Below are positions 33,539 through 49,796 of a DNA stretch of 64,000 nt, in pieces. The stretch comes from Phaeosaccion multiseriatum. Taxonomy: Eukaryota; Protista; Ochrophyta, other classes. Position 1 is the stretch's first letter; every line of letters starts with the position of its first letter. The position numbers were made by a program, and so were the translations under genes. The notes beneath the pieces were generated by a model. That model was not told the DNA's origin, made no database searches, and saw nothing but the letters and a program-made list of their open reading frames with translations. The stretch lies in the NCBI GenBank assembly GCA_965112735.1, contig OZ218956.1:930001-994000 (forward strand), read 5' to 3'.

Positions 33539-36500
33539 CTACGATAAGAGAGGCAACTCCAGTCTGTGTCTCCCAGGAAGCCCCGCGTCGCACGGTACCT
33601 CCCGTCCTTCCAGGGGGAATACTTCCGGCGCCTTCTCGGGAGAGCACGCAACCCGTCGGAGGGGCGCCAACAAAGCAGTGCTGCTTGGAATCCTGCTTGG
33701 GGAGGTGAGTGGTCGCGTCTGGGTTCCTGCCCGGAGCAGATCCTCACATAGAGGGGGGAGTGGGGAGGTTACTGTTTCCTCAGGCGTCGTGCTCGCCTCA
33801 GCCCGCCCACCCCAGGATGTGTCGTCGCCTCCACTGGCCCCTGCGTGGGCATCATCTTCTTGCGGGGGAGGGCGAGCTCACGTAGGCGCTGGAGAAAGGT
33901 CTTGGCGACCTCGTCACCTCTGCCGCTGCAAAGGGCATCCTGCTACGCTTGCTCGGGACTGGTGGTGGCGTGGTGTCCATGTTTTGGTCTTCCTTTTGCT
34001 GCGGTCCTGACTTGCACCTCCTCCCTCCTTCTCCAGGGGTCGCGCCAGCTGCTGCTGCTACTGCTACTCCATTGTTGGAGTGCGTCCTCCATAAGCCGCC
34101 ATTGCGCAGCACAGCCGAGACCCGCCCGGCGCCCTCGAACCCGCCCGTGCCTGAGCTCTCCTTGCGCTGCGTCGGAGGCCGGGCGTCTTTCCTCGCGCCG
34201 GGGACAGTCTGTGGAATACGTATGGTGCATGGAAAAGCGTCACGAGTATTAGTGGGTTGAATGCGCTCTCTGCCTCGGCCTCCGGACGGGACGATACCGG
34301 CTCGCACCTTCATCCCCTCCAGAGAGGGGTCCTCCTCCAGCAGGCTCAGTACTCGCTGCCCCTCCGCCAAGAAGGGGGAGCCGTACTGCGTCTCCCAGTC
34401 GAGCAGCGCCGCGGTGAGGGCACTTGAGACCTGCGGCAGCACCTGCTTGACGCGCTTCCGCACGCTGTCGATGCGCTTCACCTTCGCATGGCCAAGCATC
34501 GGCAACCCCATCGGCAAAGAAGGCCAGGAGGTTGGGGGGGCAGGTGGGGGGGGGGGGGGGGTCAGGGCTGCTTCCAAAAAGGTCCACTTCACACGCCCGG
34601 TATGCATACCTGCTCGCTGAGCGTTGTGCCGCGGTGCTCCTTGTAGTTCACCTTCTCTTCCTGACTCTTCTCCACCAGCAAGCTCTCACGCCTCTTCATC
34701 AAGCTCGTCACGTTGTCCTGTACGTACGTGGGTAGACAGGCCTTGCATTAGATCCATGGAGCCCCTGCCTGCTGCACGGCACAACTTACAATGGCCTCTT
34801 TCTTGGTGCGCAGCTCCTTCAGGAGTGCCTCGTGCGCTGCAAGCAGCTCCCCATCTCCATCACGCGGCCCGCTTTGCACATCCTGCAACACTGCTCTCCT
34901 GCTCTGCACTTGTGCAGAGAGAATCGCCGGCGCTCCCTCGCCGAGAACGTCGCTTGGTCGCAAGCCCCAGTCCACAAGCAACGCCTGCACCTGCGGGGCA
35001 GGAAGAGTGTCAGGGCATCTCTATGCTTCGCCCCGTTCCCGTCCTCACTCCTCTTCCCCACACACCTCAGCCCGGATCTGGTCAATGAACTGGGGCGCGC
35101 TCCGCCTTTTCTCAGCCCGAAGCTCGTCGAGCGTGTCCTGAATGAGCTCCATATCCTGGAAGCCGATACCCGTTACAGCTCGGGAAAACCCGACTCTGGG
35201 AGGGAAAGGGGGCGGCGTGAGATGGCGGGCAAGCGGCAGGAGGGTGTGTTTGTTTCTGCCGTTCGCTGTCTCCTCCTCTCACCTTTTGGAGACCGTTGTG
35301 TCGAGCAAGTCAAACAACTCTGAGATTTCCTTCCTCTGTTCGGTGGAGCGTTCTGTGCGGTGCTCCACTTCTTCTTTGAGCTCCGCTAGCAGTTTCGTAA
35401 GCCTCTGCACCGACCATTTGCTCAGACCCACACAGTGCGGCGAGGACTTGAGCTCTCTCAGCTTGGGAGGAACGGAGGAGGGACATAGACTACCCATGAC
35501 CTGGAAATCTAGAGGCAAACTGGACAGAAACGCAGCAGCAAGGGCAACGCCGCCCATTGAGTGCTCAGAGTAGAGGATAGGAGCCTCTTCTTGGGCCTAT
35601 ACGCCTGCTGTGTGCCCAAAGACTGCGACAAGTCCCGCGCCCGTCTCACCTTGGGTCTCTCTTCAGGGTGCGATAGTGGTCCTGACACTGCAACACAAGG
35701 TCCACCACCACTCTCTCCCGCTCCTTGGCCAACCCCCTAATGAGCTTGAGGTGCTCTTCGCACGCAGCGATGCGAGCGTCGGAAAGGTCGACGTCTTGCC
35801 TCAGCAGACCCGTTGCAACTTCTTCCTCGCCCCCCGCCCCTTCCAGAGCCCCTTTTATACTTGCGTCAAAGTCGTCAAAGCTCTTGTCGACTTCTCTTGT
35901 CATGCAGTCACAGAGTGCGTGGATTTCCCTTTGCACCTTCTCAAGGCGGCGCTTCCTCTCCTCTGCCTGCTTTGCCAGCGCCTCGTATCGAATCTCCAGC
36001 CAAGTCAGCTGTCCATGAAGAGACGACACCTGGGTGTACCACACACGCCGCGCAAACAAAGGAACCCAAAAGTATTAGGCATGGAGTCAGAGCAGCGATT
36101 CAAATCCATTTTTCAACTCACCTCCGCGCCAGCTTGCTCCGCCCCGGCGAAAAAGAAGCTCGGGTCTCTGCCGAGTCTCTCTGCGGCGGCTGCTGCTGTA
36201 TCCCCCTGGGGAAGCGCGCCCAGCTGCCCCATGAGCCCCACCAGCTCCTCTTTTCGCTTCCGTAGCCCCTGGCGGACAGCTTCACAGTACCCCATCTCCT
36301 CGTCCACCCGCGCCTCGCAAGCCTTGCCCACATCATCGAGCAGCTTGTCAATGCACTTCTTACGGCCAGCCCCGCTCGTTCCCAATTCGTCCCAGGTCCT
36401 CTCCAGTTGCCCGGCCTTAGTCATTATGCAAAACACGGCCCGGCGTTGCAGGTAGCTGCCCAGCCCCTCCTCGCTTCCAAACTCACTGCTGCTACTATCT

Positions 36501-36634
36501 CTACCATTGCTACCCACCTCCAGCTTCCTCAGCCTCAACAGGATATCCTGAATACTTGCTCCCGTGCCGCTAGTGCTTCCATCACTATCTCCACTAATCC
36601 GCCTGCCCGTGCTCTCTCGCCCGCCCTTTTCCAT
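33539..36634 (-). CDS. Microtubule-associated protein MAP65/Ase1/PRC1 family, multi-exon
   Basis: LERTWDELG, ISELFDLLDT, coiled coils, and C-terminal KRVKQVLPQVSSALTAALLDWETQYGSPFLAEGQRVL signature. Confidence 0.8.
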
Positions 36635-36817
36635 TTGTACGACCCTCAGATTAGCAAGGTGGCAGTTGGAAAAGAGAAATTCAATTCATGAGAGCAGCAA
36701 CAGCAGGAAGAGCAGCAACAGTAGCAGTAGAAGCAGTCACGGCAACAGCCCAAGCAGTAAAAGAGCAGCAAAGGAGGAAGGAGGGGGGATATAGGAGAGG
36801 GGGGTCAAGCTATATAT

Positions 36818-36930
36818 TATGGTTGTCTAAAAGTAATGGCTGCCTCACCAGAGGGGGTCATTAATATATTACACCCTGAAGTGCCATCTATGGTTGTCTA
36901 AAAGTAATGTCTCACCGCCCCGGGGAACTT
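36818..36930. repeat. Two copies (one 21-bp partial, one 42-bp) of a dispersed intergenic repeat
   Basis: TATGGTTGTCTAAAAGTAATG at 36818-36838 and TATGGTTGTCTAAAAGTAATGTCTCACCGCCCCGGGGAACTT at 36889-36930. Confidence 0.8.
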
Positions 36931-37693
36931 AGCCCTCGAGGTCGTGTCCCTCTGACTCATCAGTTCTTCCCATTGGAACAAAGTTGATACCAGCCAGGAT
37001 CCTGTGGCGAACCGATCGTTCGTGTCGGGCCCGCTGGAGCGCTACGGCTAATCGTCGCCGAATGACGCAAACAGCCCTCGCATAAGCCCTCGTGTCCAGA
37101 TGTTCGTGCCCCCCAGCCATGTGGGTGGCGAGTGTTTTAATATAGAGGGGGTCATGGGTATATGGGCATGGTGGTGGTTCACCTGACTCACAGATGGACT
37201 TCAACCAAGCCACGCCACCGCGGGCGCGACAAGAGCTCATAGCGCAAGGGACCACGCTTCAGGACCTGCAGGTCGATTGCGAGTGGTGGGAACGATCTCG
37301 CAAGACCTAGCTCCGTCGCTGCGCCTTGTCTGTACGCAGCACCAGCAGGAGGGTAAGGAGTTACGGCCCCTTCTCATACCCCTTTTCTTCCCTCTCTCCT
37401 AACTCTCTTTCTGCCTGCACAAACCTCGATAGTAGCTGTAGCCCGGACCGATCGATTTATCCTACTCCTGCGCTCATCTTGCACTGGCACTTGCCCCTGT
37501 ATGATATCTGTGCGTAAACTTATCACCCACGTCCTTCCTTTTCCCCCCCCCCTTTCTTCCCCCTGCTACCACTAAAGGGGAAGCGGGCCCCGCTTTGCCC
37601 GAGAACCCCCCCCTCCCCCCCGGAGATTGACCGTCTGGAAGTGTGCGTCTGAAGGCTAGGAACCTACCTTGCAGCGCCTGCCTCCGTAGCTCC

Positions 37694-39785
37694 ATGGAAA
37701 TGGGGGCAGGGAGGGGGGGGTGGAGGGTTTACGGCTGTAGTAGCGGCAGCAGCAACAGGCACGCGTCTTCCCGGAGCATGAATACGCATTCGTACGATGT
37801 GAGAAGGCAAGCGAAGAGGGAGGATGGGTGGACATACATGGAAACCAAGATTGGTGGTCACGCTCTGGACCATCTCGCACTGACCGCACGCACAGTGCCA
37901 GTAGCTCCAGCGGACACCCTATGGTTTGATCCTCTGCACCGCTTTGGTGGTGTGCCGCCTCCAATGGTTCTGAATCTGACAAGTAAGCAAAAAAGAAAAG
38001 GGGGGAAGAGGGCGCGGAGCGCCGAAGATGATGATGACAATGCCCGCAAAGTGGCCCCACTCTGGACTCAAGACGCTTGGGACAATGACGTTGGGGAGGA
38101 TGGAGGTTTTTTGTACAGTACAGGGCGCGAAAGTGAGATGCGGGCATATCAAGACCTCTACTTGGGCGTGTGGCGCCTGCTGAAGCCCACCACTCCGCTC
38201 GCAGCGTCTGCAGTAACCAAGGGCTTTCGCACCGCTATGACAGCTGTGGCCCCTTCATCGTTGTTGGGGGGCCCTCTATCATCAGTGGAAGAGATGGCGT
38301 CGATGGCACCGGGGATCGCGATAGAAGCAGGCGGGGTAGACTACGAAGGAGAAGGGGGAAAGGAGGTAGTAGTAACTGCAGCAGCAGCAGGAGCGGGAGA
38401 CGGTGGTTGTGGTGGCGCGCATGGGAGACCAGGAGGTCTGGCGGCCAACGCCTCTGCGAGCATGGGTGCGGCCGTCCTGCTGGCCGGCCTGGTTAAGCTG
38501 GGGTTGCTGTCTCTGAAGGAAAGAGAGGCGCTGGTACGGGACGCTGAGGTGACTGAGCGGGGCAGGTTCGGAGGAGGCGCTGGTGACGACATGCGTCTCC
38601 GCAAAGCGCTGCAACTGCTGGAGCATGGTGCAGCCACCGCTAGCGCAGGGCCCCAGCCCCACCTTGCCATGGCGCAGGGGGGCTGGAACGCGAAATTGAG
38701 ACACGCTCAGGCTGGGTCTAGGCTGAAAAAGTATGAACTCGTGAGGGCTCTGGGGGCTGGCTCGCATGGCTCAACCATGCTTGTCCGCGTAAAGGGCTCA
38801 TCCCGAGGGGGGGGAGGTGGGGATCTGCGAGTGCTCAAGGAGAGCCAGGCCCTGCAAGAGGCTGTCAACGAAGCCAAGCTGCTGTCCCTCGTGCAGTTTG
38901 CCTGCGCAGACAAGCACAAGGCCGCCACCAGAGACGGGCCCTCATCCCCGTCAGGGGTGGTGCGCATATACGATTTTTGGATGGAGTACATTGCCTCCTT
39001 TCCGGTTGCTTACCTGGAGATGGAGTATGCACCCGGCGGAACTCTTGCGGATTTGATCCTTCGCCAGCCGGAAGGCGTGCCTGTCACCTCCGTTCTCGAC
39101 CTGGCGCAGGAGCTGTGCGAGGGCCTTGAGAGCCTGCATGCTGTCAACATCATCCACAGAGACATTAAGCCTGAGAACATTCTCTTGAGGGAAGAAACGG
39201 GCGGCGGCGGGCGCACGTACGGCGTAATGCTCGCGGATTTGGGTGTCTCCACGCGAGTTACCAGCAGCAGGCCGCATACCACAAGCGCAGCAGGGTCACT
39301 CCCTTTCACGGCGCCTGAAGTTCGGCTTTACTACCAAGGTCTTCCCGTGAGTTACGGCACCGCAGCAGTAAGTGAGGGAGGGAGTGAGCAAGATGGCCAG
39401 TAGTCACTCACTGTGTGTGGCACCCTCTCACCTGCCCTTTGTCTAACTCCTTTGTTCGCCCTCACCCCCCCGGCACTCCTCGCAGGACATATGGAACTTC
39501 GGTGCCGTCCTGTATTGTCTCGTCTTTTCCGTAAGTGCGCCTGTTGAGCTAGGCACTGTGCCCGTGGCACGGCTCAAAGCGCGTTTACTGGAGCGCACCA
39601 GGCATGAGGGGGTAAGTGCTCTTATCGCCTCCGCCCTCCAAGCAGACTCCAACAAGCGACCTACTGCGCGGCTGCTCAAACAGCAGCTTCGCTTGCTGAG
39701 GAGAGAGTTTACGAAACAGGACCCAGGAGCTTTGTTATCAGGAGAGAGAGCTGACGTTCCGCATTCGTCCTTGTCTAAATTGTAA
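37694..39785 (+). CDS. Ser/Thr protein kinase (NEK-like) with long uncharacterized N-terminus
   Basis: YELVRALGAGSHG, VLKE, YLEMEYAPGGTL, HRDIKPENILL, LADLGVS, GSLPFTAPE and spliced DIWNFGAVLY. Confidence 0.85.
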
Positions 39786-39846
39786 AGTGTTTATCAGGAG
39801 AGAGAGCTGACGTTCCGCATTCGTCCTTGTCTAAATTGTAAAGTGT
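39735..39846. repeat. Perfect 56-bp tandem duplication spanning the kinase stop codon
   Basis: ttatcaggagagagagctgacgttccgcattcgtccttgtctaaattgtaaagtgt at 39735-39790 and 39791-39846. Confidence 0.92.
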
Positions 39847-41094
39847 AAGAAAGGTAAAAAGTAGTTTTAAAAATTAACAAGATCCCTTAGACACCTGACG
39901 TGCTTGCCGACCTACTCTTGGGCGCCAGCAATGCTGCAAGTAGCCCTCTACGTCACAAAGGTAACCGGGGAAACGGTAAAACGGTACGACATGTGTGTGT
40001 GTGTGTGTGTGTGCGTACGTTACGTGTGTCTGAGAGAGACACACAAGTGTCCACACAGAATGCTGCCAAGAGCGGGCCCCTTCGGCGAAGGATTTCCTCC
40101 TCATGCATCATGGTAAGCAGGAAGGACGTGCTGCACGCCCCTCTGCTCTGTAGCCGTCATCGGTACCGAGGAAAATCTTGTTCCTGTCCTCCAGGACGGG
40201 GCTGGAGCGTCCTTCGAAGAAGCGGAGAGTCTTGGTCCCCCCCCATTGATGCCTTGCCACTCCTCGTGCACGTGGTCCTCTTGCAGACCGAGCAGGAAAG
40301 CGCAGTCTCCTGTCTGTACTCAATCTGGAAGTAGAAGGAAGGAGTGAAAAATGGATGTCGACCAATCCCCGTTCTTTTGGTAGACCTCTCCGTTTCCTCG
40401 CTTTTTCTGCAACCATGGTCAGCAAACCGTTGCGTCCTCTAAATGACTCAGCCTGGACTCGACCAAATCCAGTGCGGCACAAGCCGTTGTTCACAATGGG
40501 CATCGCGGGTTCATCGTGCGGGCGCCTGCTGACGTCGAGGTTGGCGTGGAGATGCAAGGCGGCCTCACGCACTAGCTGTGCGTTCTCCTGCAAACGCTGC
40601 TGCACTTTCTTCATCATGTGGATGTCTCTCCTTTGGGTACGGGTCTAAATGAATTGAAACCCCCCCCCCGCAAGCCCATACTCTCTCCGGGCTGCGTGTA
40701 AACCTCGCCATCAATAACGATCTCCAGCGACCCCTGTCCCAGGCAAGACTCGTCCTCTTCCGGAAAGGCTACTTCGCGACATCCTTGAACAGAATCTTCT
40801 GCAACACCTCTCTGCTCTCCGAGCCGTAGATGAAGGAATGTGTCGTTGTATGTGTCGGCATGAGACCATTTTCCATTTTCGCAACCCGAGAAGACGTGTT
40901 ATTTCCAACTACACCTGGAAGTGCGGCTCGAACAGGCCCGCCTTCCAACCCTTCCGCCCCTCGAAGCGAAACACCTGATCTTTCAGGCAATGGACAGTGG
41001 GGGGCATCTAAAAGTAACGTCTCCCGCCAACTGTGAACGGGTGATTTAAATCTCGCCAAGACGCACGAGCGACACACACATCGGCCCCCGGAAG

Positions 41095-45359
<4,265 letters not shown>

Positions 45360-45538
45360 CCCCTTTGGAAGGGCATGCGCTATACCTGGCCAAGCCAAAC
45401 GAGAGAATGAAACTGCGTTTTATGGAGAAGGGCACACGCTTTTAAAATTCAAAATTGTCTCTACTGCGTGGGCCATAGCACACGCTGATACTCAAGAATA
45501 TGCTGCCTGTTATGCTCCCGCAACTACTTACTAACTCT

Positions 45539-46584
45539 TCAACCCTTCTTGGGCTTCTGACATGCTGTGTACACGGCGGAGAAGTCCTCGTCTCCGTGCT
45601 CTGGTCGGGCCCTCTTGAAGCTCTCGTTGGATGCCGCGCACACGGGGAGAGACACGCCCAGATCGTCGCCGAGGTTGATGGCGAAGCGCATGTCCTTCTG
45701 CGCGTGCTTGAGGGGGAAGTTTGGGGCGTAGTCTCCCGCCGCCATCTTGGGCCCCTGTGGGAGGCAAGAGGAGGAGGGAAATGGGCGGGCAGGGTTGAGG
45801 CAGGCAGTTTGGCGCAAGGACACAAGGGTGTGCTGGTTTGAATCCGTGCACAGCGAGCGATGCATGCAACATGCTCTGTCACCTTCATTCTGAACATGGG
45901 GTTGCTCATGGCCCCCAAGTCGAACACCTTGAGCACGTCCTCCATGGGGAGCTCTGCCCCCTCCGCTAGGGCCATACCCTCGCACAGGGTGCTCATCATG
46001 CCCCCCATCACCATGTTCACCACGAGCTTGCAGCGAGAGCCCTGCCCCACGTCTCCGAAGAAGAAGTTTGCCTTCCCCATTGCTTCAAAGTCGGATTGCG
46101 CCTCGTCGAACACGCCCTTCGCCCCGGCCGCCAGGAAAATCAGCGTTCCCTGCTCCGCTGGGCCCTTGCTACCAGACACAGGCGCTTCCAAGAAGAGCCC
46201 CCCCTTCTCCGACACGCGGTTGCTGAGCGACTGCATGTGCTCTGGCGTGAGGGTGGCGCAGTCCACCAGCTTCTTTCCCCCGCTCACTCCCGCCAGCACC
46301 CCGTCCTCCCCCTCGTACACGGCCTTTGAAGCCGCCAAGTCGGAAATGATTAGATATGTGAGGTCGCAGCTCTCCACCACCTCCTTGGGAGAGGAGGCAA
46401 TCTCCGTAGACGCAAACTCCGCCTTGAAGGCCTCGCTCTTGGAGGTGCTCCTGTTCCAAACCACAAGCGAGCGAGGGTCCGGTTTGCTGGCGAGGTTCTT
46501 GGCCATGCCCCAGCCCATTATTCCAAGTCCAATAAACCCGACTCTACCCCCTGCTGCTGCTGCTGCTGCTGCTGAGGCTGCCAT
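45539..46584 (-). CDS. Glyoxylate/succinic semialdehyde reductase (beta-hydroxyacid dehydrogenase family), 2 exons
   Basis: VGFIGLGIMG, VVWNRS, FLEAPVSGSKGPAEQGTLIFL, KLVVNMVMG and FPLKHAQKDMR. Confidence 0.9.
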
Positions 46585-46860
46585 CTTTACGTTGTTTTCA
46601 TATTGGTTGGAAGGAAGGTCAATTACAACCTTTAAGTGCCATCTATGAAGCGGAACTCTTCTCCCGACTCTCCCCCCCCCCAATCGATCCCAAGTGGTGC
46701 TCATGACAAAATTTGAAACACGTGGAATATACATTGTGTATTGTTGAGTTGCCAGCTGCTCGACGAGACAGAGGTTGCCGCGGCTCTTCCAACACTACAT
46801 TCTCTCCAGGCGGCTCGAATTCAGTGTCCCTCTCCTTCCTCCCTGTCGGCTGCAGCGGCT

Positions 46861-48294
46861 CTAGACGAGCTCGATTATGGCCATCTTGGCGTTGTCGCCC
46901 TGTCTAGGCATGGTCTTGAGCACTCGCGTGTAGCCTCCGTTGCGGTCTCCGTAGCGCTCTGGGGCGGCCTCGAAGAGGGCGTGCACTAGCTGCTTGTCGT
47001 AAATCCATCCCATGGCCTGGACAGGGCAACACGACGCCACGCAAGGGGGAAGGAGGAGGGGGGGCGAGGGGCAGAAAGGTGAGCGAAATGAACAAGCAGA
47101 GGGACTGCACGTGGAAGCAAGACAGAAGAGAAGCCAGCACATCCAAGAGTTAGAGAGAGCTGGCATACACACAACTTTCTTGTGGCGCTGTTGCTCCTGC
47201 AAAGGGCGGAGGCAAGCCTCATACGCCACTTCGCACGCCCACTCCGACACCCCTCTGGCATGTGGCCTCATCCCGCCCCCGTGAGTCTCCCTCCGGCGGC
47301 TCTTGCTACGCCTCTGTCTCCCTCCCAACCTCCGGGCTGCTGCTCCTGCTGCACCCACCTGTCTACGTGCGTGCAGGTCTCCCCTCTTTCCCAGCCCGAT
47401 CATCTTGTCCACGTATTTGCGCACCACGCGCGCTCGTACAAGCGTCGTCTTGATGCGTCCGTGCCTAATAATCTCTGTAGTGAGTGAGCGCAGCAGAGCC
47501 TTCCTCTGGTCAGCAGGCTTGCCCAGCTTCTTAAGGCGGTTACGGTGACGCTGTGGAGGGAGAGAGAGGGGGGGGCGGTAGAAAAAAGCAAGGTGATGAA
47601 GAGGGAAGGTGAGTTCTTGTTCAAAACGCACGTTTCGGCCGTCCTTTCCGCAACTGCATGAGGTCTGACCTGCCCGGACCTGTGCCCCGTCACATGCACC
47701 GATCTCAAGGATGGGCTGAGGAGTGGGGCATGCACGCCGCTAATCCCCGTCCTGACTCAACGCCACATCTTTCCTTGACGTCGGCAGCTTCACGTGACCG
47801 AAGCTGCTCTTGCCGTCTCGCTCTACGCCCGTCTATTCATGCCCCTCAGCACATTGGTGTTATAAATTTCCTCACAAAGGTTCGGTAGAACGAAAGTTAT
47901 TAATGGAAGCATCACAGGGGGGAGGCTAGGCGCCCGTGCACGTCTTCCGCCCATCTTCTGTTGCTGCTGTGCTGCTACCGCCCCTCCCTAGCCATCATCC
48001 AACCAGATAACCCCCCCCATGACGGTTTCCCCATCACCTGGCTGTGCCTGCGCGCCTTTCTTTCACCTCCACCCCCTCTCTTCTCCCAATCAGCCCAAGC
48101 TGGAAGTGTCTCACCATCATCGACAAAGCCCCAACTGGACGGTTGATGGACCTCTCCGACACAGCATGACCATTGAACGTACTCATTCCTGCTGGTGTGG
48201 GCCTGGCCACGATACCTGACACGAAAGCGTTTGCCCCCCCAAGAAGCGCCAGCAGCGCCCCAAGCGCCAGCAGCATACTCTGCCCCCCCTTCAT
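46861..48294 (-). CDS. rpl17: Nucleus-encoded plastid ribosomal protein L17, 3 exons
   Basis: Presequence ...GGANA-FVSG; [36 protein letters not shown]; [14 protein letters not shown]...[14 protein letters not shown]. Confidence 0.93.
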
Positions 48295-48429
48295 CCTGAT
48301 TGCGTCTCTATCCTCGCTATCAAAAATCCTGAGGTTTTAGTTCATACAAGGTCCGCCCGGGGAAGTTGTCGCCATTTGGCAGAAACATACAACTGTTTAC
48401 GATACTATCGTAAACAGTGCTACGCGCTA

Positions 48430-48471
48430 AAGTTCCCCGGGGCGGTGAGACGTTACTTTTAGACAACCATA
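48430..48471. repeat. Inverted copy of the 42-bp dispersed intergenic repeat
   Basis: 41/42 identical to the reverse complement of 36889-36930. Confidence 0.85.
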
Positions 48472-48489
48472 AGCTTTTTCTTCTCGCGG

Positions 48490-49300
48490 ATGGATCTTCA
48501 AGCCTACTTGAGACAGGCCCCTCGAGGTAAGGTTAAACCCTTTCTTTGTACGGACTGTTTTTCTTTCTTCACCAAAACCCTCTTACTTGCAGGAGTGTTC
48601 GCTGCTAAGTGGAGAGAGAAGGAGGGGTTGTGTCAGCTTGTCAGAGAGGCTTTTGCGAGAGCAGGAAGTCTGGAGCCCCTCAGCTTCATGCCTGGCAACG
48701 TGGAGGCTGGCCTGACCGAGGCGGTGGAGGCCTTGAGCTGGGTGTGCAGGTGCGACGGACAAGTCAATCGGCCCATTCTTCTGTGAGTGTCCTGACTTTC
48801 AGATATCCTCTCTCTCGCTCTGTCCTCGCAGAGGATGTGCCATGCACGGGCAGGGGGTGGGGAAGGAGGCCCTCGCGGAGATATTGGGCGCAATGACTCT
48901 TCTGTCCCCGCCCTTGCTCCGGGAAATAGCAGTCGCGGCCGAAGGCCACGATCCTGGTGCTCCTTGCCCGAGCACAGGCAGCAGCAGAGGTAGGGGCGCG
49001 TCGGCTCTTTCTCTCGCTGGGGATGAAGGTGGAATGAGGCTCTTGTCCTCGGTGTGGAAGGTCGGGGTGGCAAAGGAGAACAACGAGGACAAGAGAGCCC
49101 CTTTTGTGTCTCTCACACTGAGCACGAAGCGCGCCTATGAAAAGCCTGTGACTGACGAGGTAAGACTGGGGCCTCAGGAGTTCTTTCAGCTGAAGGACGA
49201 GCTCTCCTGTGCAGCCAGAGCCATGGGCATCTCCGTGGCCGGCGTTGGCCCCGTCCTCCCTTACGGAGAGAGTCTCTCCCGTACTTCTCCGCCGACGTGA
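48490..49300 (+). CDS. COMM-domain-containing protein, multi-exon
   Basis: C-terminal LLSSVWKVGVA...PFVSLTL...EVRLGPQEFFQLKDEL pattern typical of the COMM domain. Confidence 0.65.
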
Positions 49301-49796
49301 AGGCCGTCTATACTGTGGGCCGTTAGAGGTTCTCAGCCGTGCAGTTTCTGAGCATACGTGGGCGAAGGCGCTGGAGTGAAAGAAGACTAGTCCCAAGCGC
49401 CCAGGAGAGCGCGAGGCGAAGCAGAACGAGCACGAGAAAGAGCACCAGCACTGCAGCTACCCCGTATTCGAAACAGGAGAAGTTGTTCTAGGAATCTTGC
49501 GGGGGGATCGGGGGAGAAGGAAGTTTCCAGACACCAGTGGTTACCCTCTTCAATCCTTTTCATCATTGGATGCCATCCTTTTATTCCTGCACCTCTCAAT
49601 TGGGATGGGGCACGCGGCATCCGACCTTCATTCGCATGAGCGCACAACGGCAGAGATGCTTCCCAGGATGAGGCAGCCAAGTCGAGAGTGAAGAGCAAAG
49701 CGGTGTCTTTTTTCTATCTGCATCACATACTCTATTGTTTCCAACGAAACGGTAAACAGGTGTGTCAACCACTGCGCCGCAACAGCTCCGGCATTC

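Noticed and set aside
39874-41077. Possible minus-strand gene between the kinase and RecQ
   Set aside because: Several short ORFs and splice-like signals, but no coherent model or recognisable motif
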